Source: Nitrosopumilus sp. (lineage in GTDB: Archaea; Thermoproteota; Nitrososphaeria; Nitrososphaerales; Nitrosopumilaceae). From it: a stretch of 38,888 nt of DNA. The notes beneath the pieces were generated by a model, which saw nothing but the letters and a program-made list of their open reading frames with translations, was not told where the DNA came from and searched no databases. This document shows positions 27,508 through 37,041 of the stretch, in pieces. Numbering within the stretch: position 1 is the stretch's first letter; the number at the start of each line of letters is the position of its first letter. Made by a program: the position numbers and the translations under genes. The stretch is from the NCBI GenBank assembly GCA_013002265.1, contig JABDKK010000021.1, positions 1 through 38,888 on the forward strand, written 5' to 3'.

Positions 27508-28403
27508 AACTTGTTTTCCTTGGTACATCAGCAGCTCAACCTACTGAGCATAGAGGTTTATCTTGTATTTGTTTAGAGAGAGATGGAGAAATTCTAATGT
27601 TTGATGCGGGAGAAGCATCACAAATTTCGTATATGAAATCAGGTTTGGGTTGGAATAAAAAAATGACAATTTTTGTAACACACCTACATGGTGATCATTG
27701 TGTTGGAATTTTAGGATTATTACAAACTATGTCGATGCAAAAAAGAACTGAAACATTAGAAATTTTTGGGCCAAGTGGAATTGAGGAATTTATTGGTGCA
27801 AATATTAAAATTTTAAATTTTGGTTTATCTTTTCCAGTACTAATTAATACAATAAAGGAAGGAAAAATTCTTGAAAATAGTAAGTTTTCAATTTTTGCAT
27901 GTAAAGCAAATCATTCTATAACAGCATTTTCATACTTATTTGAAGAAAAAGACAAGCCTGGAAGATTTAACGTTGAAAAAGCAAAAGAATTGGGAGTTCC
28001 AGAAGGTGAATTATGGAATAAATTACAAAAGGGAAATAGTATTAACATTAATGATAAAAAAATAATTCCTCAACAAGTATTAGGAGAAAAACGTCCAGGT
28101 AAAAAAATAGGAATTTCAGGAGATACAATGCCAACTAAGGAATTAGAACAATTTTTTGAAGGAAGTGATTACCTTGTTTTTGATTCAACGTTTTTAGATG
28201 AAGAAAAACAGAAAGCTCAAGAAACATCTCATTCAACGGCAAAACAAGCTGCAACATTAGCAAAAAATGCCAATGTTAAGAATTTAGTTTTAACGCATTT
28301 TTCTGCAAGATATAAAGATGAAGAAGACCATTTGAAAGAAGCTCAGGAGATTCATAATTCTGTTATAACTGCCAGAGATCTTTTAGAAATAGAGATCAAA
28401 TGA
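27504..28403 (+). CDS. rnz: Ribonuclease Z
   Basis: FLGTSAA, THLHGDH, GVPEG exosite arm, [15 protein letters not shown]. Confidence 0.95.
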   Translation: MKLVFLGTSAAQPTEHRGLSCICLERDGEILMFDAGEASQISYMKSGLGWNKKMTIFVTHLHGDHCVGILGLLQTMSMQKRTETLEIFGPSGIEEFIGANIKILNFGLSFPVLINTIKEGKILENSKFSIFACKANHSITAFSYLFEEKDKPGRFNVEKAKELGVPEGELWNKLQKGNSININDKKIIPQQVLGEKRPGKKIGISGDTMPTKELEQFFEGSDYLVFDSTFLDEEKQKAQETSHSTAKQAATLAKNANVKNLVLTHFSARYKDEEDHLKEAQEIHNSVITARDLLEIEIK

Positions 28404-29128
28404 GAAATTATGAATCCATTAGAGAGTGGATAAAAAATTTGAAAAAAATTGTATTTGTAACCGGTGCAGGGATCTCTCAAGAAAGTGGAATTCCAACTTT
28501 TCGAGGAAAGGATGGATTATGGAGAAATTATGATGCAATGAAATTGGCAACAATTGATGCATTTTATGAAAATCCAAAAATAGTTTGGGAATGGTACAGT
28601 GAAAGAAGAAGGAATATCATCTCTGCATTACCTAACATGGGTCACAGAGCAATTGCAGAATTAGAAAAATATGCTGAAGTTGTAGTTTTAACACAAAATA
28701 TTGATGGTCTACATCAAAAATCTGGAAGTACCAAAGTATTAGAGTTACATGGTAGTATACTGAAAATAAAATGCACGGTTTGTAATTATAGGGATGAAAT
28801 CCTTACAGAGTTTACTGAGAATCCACCTAATTGTAAATGTGGAAATATACTTAGGCCAGAAGTAGTATGGTTTGGCGAACAATTGCCTCAAGATGTATGG
28901 CAAGAAGCAATTATTCACGTCAATCAATGTGATCTTATGATTGTAGCTGGAACATCACTTGTTGTTTCACCAGCAAACATACTTCCTACATATGCCAAAC
29001 AAAATAATGCATTTTTAGTAGAAATAAATCCTGAAGATACTGAAATGTCATTAGAAATGGATTTAGTAATTAGAGATACTAGTGCAAATGCTTTGCCAAA
29101 AATTCTTTCATTGTTTAAAGAAAATTAG
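28400..29128 (+). CDS. cobB: Sir2-family NAD-dependent deacylase (CobB-like)
   Basis: [50 protein letters not shown]. Confidence 0.93.
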   Translation: MRNYESIREWIKNLKKIVFVTGAGISQESGIPTFRGKDGLWRNYDAMKLATIDAFYENPKIVWEWYSERRRNIISALPNMGHRAIAELEKYAEVVVLTQNIDGLHQKSGSTKVLELHGSILKIKCTVCNYRDEILTEFTENPPNCKCGNILRPEVVWFGEQLPQDVWQEAIIHVNQCDLMIVAGTSLVVSPANILPTYAKQNNAFLVEINPEDTEMSLEMDLVIRDTSANALPKILSLFKEN

Positions 29129-29129
29129 A

Positions 29130-29861
29130 TCATGATTGAGTTAACATGCCATTAATTTTTGAATCTGAATTATCACCTGGATTAAAAACTGAAGATAAAA
29201 TTATACCATATTCTTCATGCAATGCAACCATATCGATGTAATAAGGAATATCTGATACGCCATTAACAGTTGTTACAAACATAGATGTGTAAAATGTTCC
29301 TGAAAAAATTTCTTTTTGTTCTGTTCTAATTTTCACAATTACGCTATTTGTTTTTCCACTAGAATCATAATATTGAAGAAGAATATTTTCTGATCGCTGA
29401 AGTATAGATAAAGATAATGTTTCATAAGTTATCGGTTCCCCATTTTTAGCAATTATATTAGTTTTAGATGAAATCTCAGATGATGTAGTTGAAAATTCTT
29501 ATTTTGAATTATCAACAAAAATATTTTTTATAGATTTTAAAGGATCAAAATTAGAAATATCTTCACTGACTATTTTTTGAGAAGAACTTTTTACATTGTT
29601 TATTTCATCAACAATCTGTTCACCAACTTCACTTATTTCATCAGATATGCTACTGCTAGTTTTATCTACAATATTATCAAGAGAATTATCAAGTCTTTTC
29701 TCTATAGAATCCGTTGTTTTAAAACCTAGATTAGAGACATCATCCTGCAAGGAATCAAAAACAGAGGCTGAAGTTGTTGGAAAAAGAGTATCAATCTCAG
29801 TAGAGAAGATCATGCCTGTAAGAATAACTATGCCTGCAATTATGCCTAATTTTATGAGCAT
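29130..29861 (-). pseudogene. Membrane-anchored hypothetical protein interrupted by one in-frame TAA at 29499-29501
   Basis: ORFs 29499-29861 and 29130-29336 are in the same frame, and the 54 codons between them are open (EFSTTSSEISSKTNII...SGKTNSVI). Confidence 0.72.
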
Positions 29862-29934
29862 GTTTAAAAATTCTAAAAAATAGATTTTAGATTCATACTA
29901 AAAAAAATAGTTCGTAATGATTGAATTTTCTTAG

Positions 29935-30336
29935 CTAATCATTTCCAAAGGCAATCCATTCAATAATTCTATCAAGGTCTGGTGAAGAAATGACCACTTT
30001 AATTGGACCTAATGGGGATTCTTCATCTTGTTCACAAATTGCAATTTTTCCCACATATGCGGCTTGCTTATTAAGATAAAACCAGGTAGAACTATTTTCA
30101 TAGTTTTTTTCAAGATATTTTCTATAAGTTTTTTGAGAGCGTTTATTATGAATTGCTTCATATATTTTTTCAAAAGATCTCAAATCTCTAGAGGAAGCAA
30201 CAACGGAAAAATTTTGAAATTCAATATTTGATAATGGAAAAATATTTGAAATTGTATTAATTATTTTCTGAGAATCTTCAGAAGGATTTACTGAGCAAAA
30301 CATCTCAATTTTGCATTTAATGCTTGGAATATTCAT
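29935..30336 (-). CDS. UPF0201/DUF54-family putative RNA-binding protein
   Basis: PSED..KI...NIFP, LNKQAA, ESPLGPI. Confidence 0.85.
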   Translation of the reverse strand: MNIPSIKCKIEMFCSVNPSEDSQKIINTISNIFPLSNIEFQNFSVVASSRDLRSFEKIYEAIHNKRSQKTYRKYLEKNYENSSTWFYLNKQAAYVGKIAICEQDEESPLGPIKVVISSPDLDRIIEWIAFGND

Positions 30337-30881
30337 TCTATCCAGCTTTGAATAATTTTATATGCATTTTGAACTAATTGTTCTTTTGTTAAATCAATAT
30401 TCGTTATTGCATAATCAGATAATGCAATTGAATTACTTATTCCTACACCTAATTCTCGATTATCTCTTTCTTCAAAATGCTCTTTTGTTTGTGGATCATC
30501 TGTTCTTCCTCTTTTTTGTAAGAAATCAAATCTTCGATCTGTTGATGCATGAATAGCTAATAGTTTCACATTTCCAAATTTTTTAAGAACTGAAATTTCT
30601 TCATTAGATCTAACACCATCAATTAAGATTACATTTGAAGAGGAAGTTTCTATATCAGGTTTGATTAACTCTGCAATTGCACCTGGTCCATTGTTATCTC
30701 TTAACTCAAGCATAAGTTTTCCAAGATTTTCCCTAGATGGTTCAATGTTTCTTTTTTTTGCTTCATTTCTTACAGCATTTCCCATATTGATAATATCATA
30801 ACCTTTTGATTTCAAACCATCAGCAATTGTTGATTTTCCAGCTCCTGGCATACCTGTTAAACAAACAATTAGTTTTGTCAT
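30333..30881 (-). CDS. UPF0200-family P-loop nucleotide kinase (dephospho-CoA kinase-like)
   Basis: TGMPGAGKST, MGNAVR, IDGVRS, RGRTDD, RDNREL. Confidence 0.85.
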   Translation of the reverse strand: MTKLIVCLTGMPGAGKSTIADGLKSKGYDIINMGNAVRNEAKKRNIEPSRENLGKLMLELRDNNGPGAIAELIKPDIETSSSNVILIDGVRSNEEISVLKKFGNVKLLAIHASTDRRFDFLQKRGRTDDPQTKEHFEERDNRELGVGISNSIALSDYAITNIDLTKEQLVQNAYKIIQSWIE

Positions 30882-30952
30882 ACTAAATAAAAAAAACTCA
30901 GGTCTATGAAGCTACCGGAAATTATTATAAGCATTATTAAAAAAATGTTATA

Positions 30953-31492
30953 ATGCGAACTTTTGTAGCAGTTGAAATTTCAAATATTAGTGTAATTAAG
31001 GAGATAGAGAAATTTCAGTCTCAAAGAAATTTTAATGCTAAAGCAGTTGAAACAAAAAATTTGCATTTTACATTACAATTTGTAGGTGAAATTTCTGATG
31101 ATGACTCCCAAAAGATTATTTCAGCTCTTAAAAAAATAGAATTTACAGGTTTTGAAGTAAATTTAGAAGGAATTGGAGCTTTTCCAAAGCCAAAATTTCC
31201 AAGAGTTATTTGGATTGGTACAGATAGTCAAGGAGGAGATAGTTTAATCAAATTATCAAAATTAGTTCAAAATGCATTAGAGCCATTAGGGTATAATCAG
31301 GATAAACCATTCAAGCCCCATTTGACAGTATTTAGAATTAAAAAGAAGATTGGGGACATTACAGAGGAATTGGAAAAACAGAAATCGCTGAATTTTGGAA
31401 TTCAAGAAGTAACAAGTTTGAAATTTAAAAAAAGCGAATTAACCCCAAATGGACCAATCTATTCTGATATTACGGAGATAAAATGTATATGA
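30953..31492 (+). CDS. thpR: RNA 2',3'-cyclic phosphodiesterase (2H family)
   Basis: MRTFVAV, HFTLQF, PRVIW, PHLT, GPIY. Confidence 0.93.
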   Translation: MRTFVAVEISNISVIKEIEKFQSQRNFNAKAVETKNLHFTLQFVGEISDDDSQKIISALKKIEFTGFEVNLEGIGAFPKPKFPRVIWIGTDSQGGDSLIKLSKLVQNALEPLGYNQDKPFKPHLTVFRIKKKIGDITEELEKQKSLNFGIQEVTSLKFKKSELTPNGPIYSDITEIKCI

Positions 31493-32820
31493 AAAATATA
31501 ATTTCAAAGGCAACAAAGATGGTAATTCCATCTGTGACAATACAAAAAGATAAACAAGAAGTAGCTAAATTAGCATTTAATTTAGTTAAAAAAGAAGTTA
31601 AAAAATTTACTGAAGTGACTGGATTAGAGTTTGGTGGTTCTTATGCAAAAGGAACTTGGTTAAAGGAAGATGCAGATATTGATATTTTCATTAGATTTGA
31701 AAATTCAATTTCGGATGATAAATTTGAAAAAATTTCAAGGAAGATAGGTTTTGAATCATTAAAAAAATATTCGCCATATGTAAGATATTCAGAGCATCCA
31801 TATGTTGAAGCTGAAATTAAGAATACAAAGATCAATGTTGTTCCATTTTTTGATGTTAAACCAGGTCAGTGGAAAAGTTCGGCAGATAGATCTCCATATC
31901 ATACTAGCTTTATGAAAAAATCATTATCAGAAAAAATGAAGAATGAGGTCAGAGTTTTAAAAACATTTCTTAAATCAAATGGAATTTATGGTGCTGAAAT
32001 TGCTAAACAGGGTTTTAGTGGTTATGTATCAGAAGTATTGATTTTAAATTACGAAAGTTTTGAGAATGTAATTAAATCAATTGCAAAAATAAAAGAAAAT
32101 CAAGTTATTGGTAACGCAAAAAAGAAATTCGATACATCAATAGTAATCATAGATCCAATTGATAGTAGTAGAAATTTAGCAGCTGCAATTTCTGATGTAA
32201 ATATTGGAAAATTTATTTTAGCTGCTAGAGGATTTAAAGAAAAAGCTAAACTGGATCATTTTAAAAAGAAAAAAATCAGTATTTCTAAAAAGCATTGGGA
32301 TAATTTACTAATTGTTAAATTTAATTTTAAAATTAGAAGTCCAGATATTATATGGGGTCAAATTAAGAGAGTTACTTCATCCTTATCCACACAATTAGAG
32401 TCAGGTGGATTTCATGTTTTACGAAGTAAATCCCATACAGATCAGCAGAAGGAAGCCTATCTATTTTTTCTTTTAGAATCTATGAAAATTCCAACTACCT
32501 ATATTAAGAATGGACCTGAGTTTTTCAGAGAAAATAGCTCAAAGAGTTTTGTAAGTAAAAATTTGAGAAATTCTCAATTAATGTGGATAGGAAAAAACAA
32601 AAAGATAATTTCATTAGAAAAAAGAAAACATACAGAAGCAAGTAAATTTTTGACAGATTTTCTAAAAAATAATCTTAAAACAGGCATACCTAAAGGGATT
32701 CAATCAGATCTTAAACATGGTTTCAAAATTTTTGTTGGTAGTAAAAATTTAAGCAAATCAATTAAAGAGGAAGCAAATGAATTGATTTCAACTGATGGAA
32801 CAATCCTTCATTTCAATTAA
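31483..32820 (+). CDS. cca: Archaeal class I CCA-adding enzyme (start possibly ATG at 31489)
   Basis: GGSYAKGTWL..DADIDIF, SEHPYV, DRSPYH, GFSGY, DPIDSSRN. Confidence 0.95.
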   Translation: MYMKNIISKATKMVIPSVTIQKDKQEVAKLAFNLVKKEVKKFTEVTGLEFGGSYAKGTWLKEDADIDIFIRFENSISDDKFEKISRKIGFESLKKYSPYVRYSEHPYVEAEIKNTKINVVPFFDVKPGQWKSSADRSPYHTSFMKKSLSEKMKNEVRVLKTFLKSNGIYGAEIAKQGFSGYVSEVLILNYESFENVIKSIAKIKENQVIGNAKKKFDTSIVIIDPIDSSRNLAAAISDVNIGKFILAARGFKEKAKLDHFKKKKISISKKHWDNLLIVKFNFKIRSPDIIWGQIKRVTSSLSTQLESGGFHVLRSKSHTDQQKEAYLFFLLESMKIPTTYIKNGPEFFRENSSKSFVSKNLRNSQLMWIGKNKKIISLEKRKHTEASKFLTDFLKNNLKTGIPKGIQSDLKHGFKIFVGSKNLSKSIKEEANELISTDGTILHFN

Positions 32821-33556
32821 GAAATTTACTAAAGAACCATATTCTAAAATTCTAGGATATCCAAAAGCAAGTAAAAGTCAAATTAATTCTAGAATTAGAG
32901 AGCTTGAAAAATTGAAAATTAAATCCCTATCTTTTACAGGACCAACTACTATTGAAAATTTGAAAACATTAGGTAAAGGATATGTTGGTGTAGTTGTTCT
33001 AGCAAAAAAAAATAGTAAGAAAATTGCATTAAAAATTAGAAGGACTGATTCACAAAGAAAAGAAATGAAAAGTGAAGCAGCTTTACTAAAATTAGTTAAC
33101 CAAGTTAATGTTGGACCAAAAATGATAGCATCAAGCAAAAATTTTCTTGTAATGGAATATGTTGAAGGAATCAAATTTAATCAATGGATTGATACACTAA
33201 AAGGAGTAGGTAGTTCAAGAAAATTAAAAACAACAATAAGAAAAATCTTGGAAGACTGCTATAGATTAGATGAAATTGGTTTTGATCATGGAGAATTAAG
33301 TAATATTTCAAAGCATGTTATTGTAGGAAAAACAAATTCTACAATAATAGATTTTGAAAGCTCAAGTACTAATAGAAGGCCATCAAATGTGACATCAATT
33401 ACTCAAGCATTTTTTATTGGATCTGGTATTGCAAAAAAAGCAAAAAAAATCTACAAAACTCCATCTAAAGAAAAGATCATAGCCGCTTTAAAAAAATACA
33501 AACAAGAAAAAACAAGAGTAAACTTTGAAAATTTGTTAAAAATCTTAAAATTATAA
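32795..33556 (+). CDS. Atypical (RIO/Bud32-like) Ser/Thr protein kinase
   Basis: LGKGYVGVV, ALKIRR, MEYVEG, HGELS, IIDFE. Confidence 0.82.
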   Translation: MEQSFISIKKFTKEPYSKILGYPKASKSQINSRIRELEKLKIKSLSFTGPTTIENLKTLGKGYVGVVVLAKKNSKKIALKIRRTDSQRKEMKSEAALLKLVNQVNVGPKMIASSKNFLVMEYVEGIKFNQWIDTLKGVGSSRKLKTTIRKILEDCYRLDEIGFDHGELSNISKHVIVGKTNSTIIDFESSSTNRRPSNVTSITQAFFIGSGIAKKAKKIYKTPSKEKIIAALKKYKQEKTRVNFENLLKILKL

Positions 33557-33630
33557 CGGGATCGGCAGGATTTGAACCTGCGACCACTAGTCCCCCAGAC
33601 TAGTATCATACCAATCTAGACCACGACCCC
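33557..33630 (-). tRNA. tRNA-Pro (GGG), no intron, CCA not encoded
   Basis: Reverse complement GGGGTCG TGGTCTAGATTGGTATGATA CTAGT-CTGGGGG-ACTAG TGGTC GCAGG-TTCAAAT-CCTGC CGATCCC G folds as a cloverleaf. Confidence 0.95.
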
Positions 33631-33686
33631 TCATGACAGAGACACAAAATGAAATTATTAAATCGTCGTATTGATTAAGAATAATT

Positions 33687-33893
33687 ATGAAGATTTGTAG
33701 TATTTGTCATAAAATTTCAGCTACTGAACAAGATCATCTAGATTGTATTCAAAGAAGAAGTATTGAATTAGAAGATGAAAATTTTAAAAATGAAATTCCT
33801 GAAAAACTAAACATTTCAAAAGATAGTCAGGCTTTAGGTGTTGAAGTGCGAGCAATCTTAGAGCATCTTACTAAAGAAAAGGAAGAATCATAA
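33687..33893 (+). CDS. Small hypothetical protein with CxxC...HxxC putative zinc site
   Basis: CSIC-x9-HLDC at the N-terminus. Confidence 0.65.
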   Translation: MKICSICHKISATEQDHLDCIQRRSIELEDENFKNEIPEKLNISKDSQALGVEVRAILEHLTKEKEES

Positions 33894-35036
33894 CCATTTT
33901 GATAATCTGTCTTTTTCAAATTTTAGTTTTTTAGAAAGATTTTCTGCAGTAGATTCTGTAAGATTGGTTGTTGGTTTTGTATTTGAATACATATCAACTT
34001 CAATTTCAGATGCTGTGTCTCTTCCAGATTCTAAGAAACATCCACCTTTTCCATCAAATAATATTGCTTCATGTTTTGAAAGTATTTTAGAAATAATATT
34101 TTTGGCAACTACAATACCTTCTCCTTCAGCAAAAATTCCAGCTTTTGGTACAGCAATAGATTCTGTAACAATCAAACTGGTAACATCGCCAATTGCAAAA
34201 ACATTTTCAAATTCTGTTTTACAGTCTCTATCAATTAAGATAAATCCAGGTTCTTTAGCTAGTCCAGAATCATAGATTACCTTTGGGGCAATATGAGGAG
34301 GAATGGCCAATAGTAAATCAAAATTACTTTCAGAATCTTCAAAGATTAGTTTGTTGTGTTCAACAGACTTGATTTTTGATGAGTTATGAAAAAATATTTT
34401 TTCAGAATCTACTAATTCAAAAATTTTTTTGCTTACTTCTGGTCCAGCTGCTGGTAAAGTAATGGGTGCTGGACTGTACAAATGAATTTGAATAGAATCA
34501 CGAACACCACGTTTTCTTAGCATGGAATCTATGAGTAAACTTGCTTCAAATGGAGCAGGGGGACATTTGTATGGCATGCCCATGATCGAAATAGCAATTT
34601 TTCCAGATTTTATTGCCATTAGTTTTTCATGAATTTTTGAGAGTTGTTTGTGATCATATAGATTAAATCCGTTTTCTTGAAGCCCAGGTATTTTTTCAGG
34701 TGCTAAAACTGTACCCATTGAGATTATCAAATAATCATAAGAAATTGTTTGGGAAGATGTTTTGATATTTTTATTTTGAAGATCAATTGAAAAAATTTCT
34801 TCCTTTATGAAATTAATTTCTTTTTTTGATAAATTGTTTAAAGATCCTATTGAATTTTCAAAAGATCGGGTTCCAGTTATTATCCATAATTTTGCAAACC
34901 CAACCATGAACCAGTCTTTTTTATCAATAATTGTAATTTTTAATTGAGAAGAGTTCAATGAATTTCTCAATTCGTTAGCTGATGAGAGACCACCAAAACC
35001 TCCTCCTAAAATTACAACATGTGGGATTTCTGTCAA
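33888..35036 (-). CDS. FAD-dependent oxidoreductase, sulfide:quinone oxidoreductase-like
   Basis: GGGFGG, YKCPPAPFE, FAIGD, PKAG, GGCFLE. Confidence 0.8.
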   Translation of the reverse strand: MTEIPHVVILGGGFGGLSSANELRNSLNSSQLKITIIDKKDWFMVGFAKLWIITGTRSFENSIGSLNNLSKKEINFIKEEIFSIDLQNKNIKTSSQTISYDYLIISMGTVLAPEKIPGLQENGFNLYDHKQLSKIHEKLMAIKSGKIAISIMGMPYKCPPAPFEASLLIDSMLRKRGVRDSIQIHLYSPAPITLPAAGPEVSKKIFELVDSEKIFFHNSSKIKSVEHNKLIFEDSESNFDLLLAIPPHIAPKVIYDSGLAKEPGFILIDRDCKTEFENVFAIGDVTSLIVTESIAVPKAGIFAEGEGIVVAKNIISKILSKHEAILFDGKGGCFLESGRDTASEIEVDMYSNTKPTTNLTESTAENLSKKLKFEKDRLSKWL

Positions 35037-35037
35037 C

Positions 35038-35778
35038 TTAACGTTCTTGAGTTGTGGGTCTAATCAAAATTTCATTTACGTTAACATGTGATGGGGATTC
35101 AACTGCAAACAATATTGCATTTGCTATATCATCTGCTTGCAAAGCTTCCATTTTTTTTGCATTTTCAACAAATCCTTTCAATGATTCATCAGTAATTGTA
35201 TCATTCAGTTCAGTTGCAACAACTCCTGGTTCAATGCTTGTAACTCTAATGTTTGATCTCACACTAAATTCCTGTCTAAGTCCTTCACTAAATGCAGCAA
35301 CAGCATGTTTTGTTGCACAGTATACGCTTCCTGCAGGAAAAACAATTCTTCCAGCTACAGATGAGAGATTAACAATATGACCTGAGTTTTTTTCTTTCAT
35401 ATGAAAAATAACAGAGGCAGTAGAATATAGTACTCCTTTAATATTAACATCAATCATTTTATCCCATTCATCAACTTTTAGATTTTTGAAGAAACTCAAA
35501 GGCATTAAACCTGCATTATTTACTAAAATGTCAATTGAGCCCCATTTATCTAAAACAGCTTTTGCAAAATTATCACATTCAGCTCTTTTTGTAACATCTA
35601 ATTTTTGAAAATAAACTTCACCCCCACTATTAGTTATTTTATTTGCAAGCTCTTCTAATTTATCAACGCGCCTTGCACCAACTGCAACTTTTGCACCTGC
35701 TTTTGATAATGCCAAGGCAGTAGCAAATCCAATTCCACTACTTGCTCCTGTAACTATTGCAACCTTATCTTTAATCAA
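35038..35778 (-). CDS. Short-chain dehydrogenase/reductase
   Basis: TGASSGIG, ARR, NNAG, YCATK. Confidence 0.94.
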   Translation of the reverse strand: MIKDKVAIVTGASSGIGFATALALSKAGAKVAVGARRVDKLEELANKITNSGGEVYFQKLDVTKRAECDNFAKAVLDKWGSIDILVNNAGLMPLSFFKNLKVDEWDKMIDVNIKGVLYSTASVIFHMKEKNSGHIVNLSSVAGRIVFPAGSVYCATKHAVAAFSEGLRQEFSVRSNIRVTSIEPGVVATELNDTITDESLKGFVENAKKMEALQADDIANAILFAVESPSHVNVNEILIRPTTQER

Positions 35779-35888
35779 TTAAATCACTAAATGAATTTGA
35801 TTATATCATCGTAAAAATGTTTAGATAAAATTCAAATTATTCCAAAACCCCTGACAAGGTTATTAAAAGAAAAATAGATAATTAGTAT

Positions 35889-36110
35889 ATGAAGCCTGAA
35901 AAATGCGCTTATTGTGGAGATTTAACTGATTTACCATTCCAATGTAATTATTGTAAAGACCCTTTTTGTTCAGAGCATAGACTTCCTGAGGAACATAGAT
36001 GTGTAAAGCTAAGTCAGATTAGAGCAAAAAGATTTGGTGAAAAAAAAGTGATTAGAGATGGTGGAAGGAATAAACCAAATATCTTTAAAAGATTTTTTGG
36101 AAGATTTTAA
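35889..36110 (+). CDS. AN1-type zinc finger protein
   Basis: CAYC...PFQCNYC...FCSEHRLPEEHRC. Confidence 0.88.
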   Translation: MKPEKCAYCGDLTDLPFQCNYCKDPFCSEHRLPEEHRCVKLSQIRAKRFGEKKVIRDGGRNKPNIFKRFFGRF

Positions 36111-36112
36111 AA

Positions 36113-36397
36113 TCAGTAAGGACTTTTGTCTGGAGATATTTTTGCCCTTCTTCCTTGATATATCAGAGCTATCGCAAGAGCAAACATCACCATTGCTGTT
36201 AATGGAAAGTTTTGTGGAGCAGGTAAGATAAACCAATAATAAATTCCAAATCCAATAGAGAGGACTGCTTGCGTCCATAGTTTAATCCATTTTGGAGCCT
36301 TGATAATTCTACAAATAATTTCTATGGCAAAAATTCCAATTACAGGATAAATAGTATAGAATAGAAAATCAATCACATCAACTCCAGTATGAGACAT
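36113..36397 (-). CDS. Small hypothetical membrane protein (about 3 TM)
   Basis: 94-aa hydrophobic ORF. Confidence 0.72.
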   Translation of the reverse strand: MSHTGVDVIDFLFYTIYPVIGIFAIEIICRIIKAPKWIKLWTQAVLSIGFGIYYWFILPAPQNFPLTAMVMFALAIALIYQGRRAKISPDKSPY

Positions 36398-36429
36398 ATA
36401 AGATCATGACTAGTTGGTGTAATTTTTAT

Positions 36430-36987
36430 TTAATCTTCCCAACGAACTTTTGTTGCAATATTTTTGGAAATTAGTGCCTGAGCATTTTCATAGGGAATTG
36501 TTGCAATATCTTCGGTTTTAAAAGGACCGTATTTTTCAAGATCCGCACCAACAATTTCATCCGTTTCTTTAAGAAATCTTACTACAATTTTTTTTGTTTT
36601 ATGGTTTTGTGCTAAAGATTCAAGAAATTTTGATTTGCCATTAATTGTAGCTGAGAGAATCATTTCGATTCTTTCTTTTTGTTCTTCTTGTGAATCAAGA
36701 ATGTATTTTTCTTCATCAAGAAGAAATCCGATTTCTAAATCATCAGATTTTGAAATTTTATCTAATCTGATGTGAATTAGCAATGAGGTTAGTTCAGTTG
36801 CCATTTCTATCATAGTATCTTTGATCTGACTTTCAACTCCATCAAATTCTTGTTTTCTTAAATTTCCAATAAAATCAGCTAAATTTATGTAAAAATTTGG
36901 TTCAATTTCTAATAGAGAATCATCTTCAGTTTCTCTTAAAACAATGTGATGTAATGAGTTGATATCAATTTGGTTTGTTTCTGACAT
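36430..36987 (-). CDS. GINS complex protein (A-then-B domain order, Gins51/Gins15 type)
   Basis: L..IEPNFY, RLDKI, LLDEEK helical A domain; VRFLK...VGADLEKYGPF..EDIATIP B domain. Confidence 0.82.
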   Translation of the reverse strand: MSETNQIDINSLHHIVLRETEDDSLLEIEPNFYINLADFIGNLRKQEFDGVESQIKDTMIEMATELTSLLIHIRLDKISKSDDLEIGFLLDEEKYILDSQEEQKERIEMILSATINGKSKFLESLAQNHKTKKIVVRFLKETDEIVGADLEKYGPFKTEDIATIPYENAQALISKNIATKVRWED

Positions 36988-37041
36988 CTCTTACCTAAAC
37001 CTTAAATCCCCGATGTATTTGTGTTTGATTGAAGAACAGAA

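Noticed and set aside
29499-29501. In-frame stop as selenocysteine or pyrrolysine recoding
   Set aside because: The codon is TAA, not TGA or TAG.
33557-33630. tRNA-Pro as an integration site for an island
   Set aside because: No integrase and no duplicated tRNA end seen in the window; the flanking genes look ordinary.
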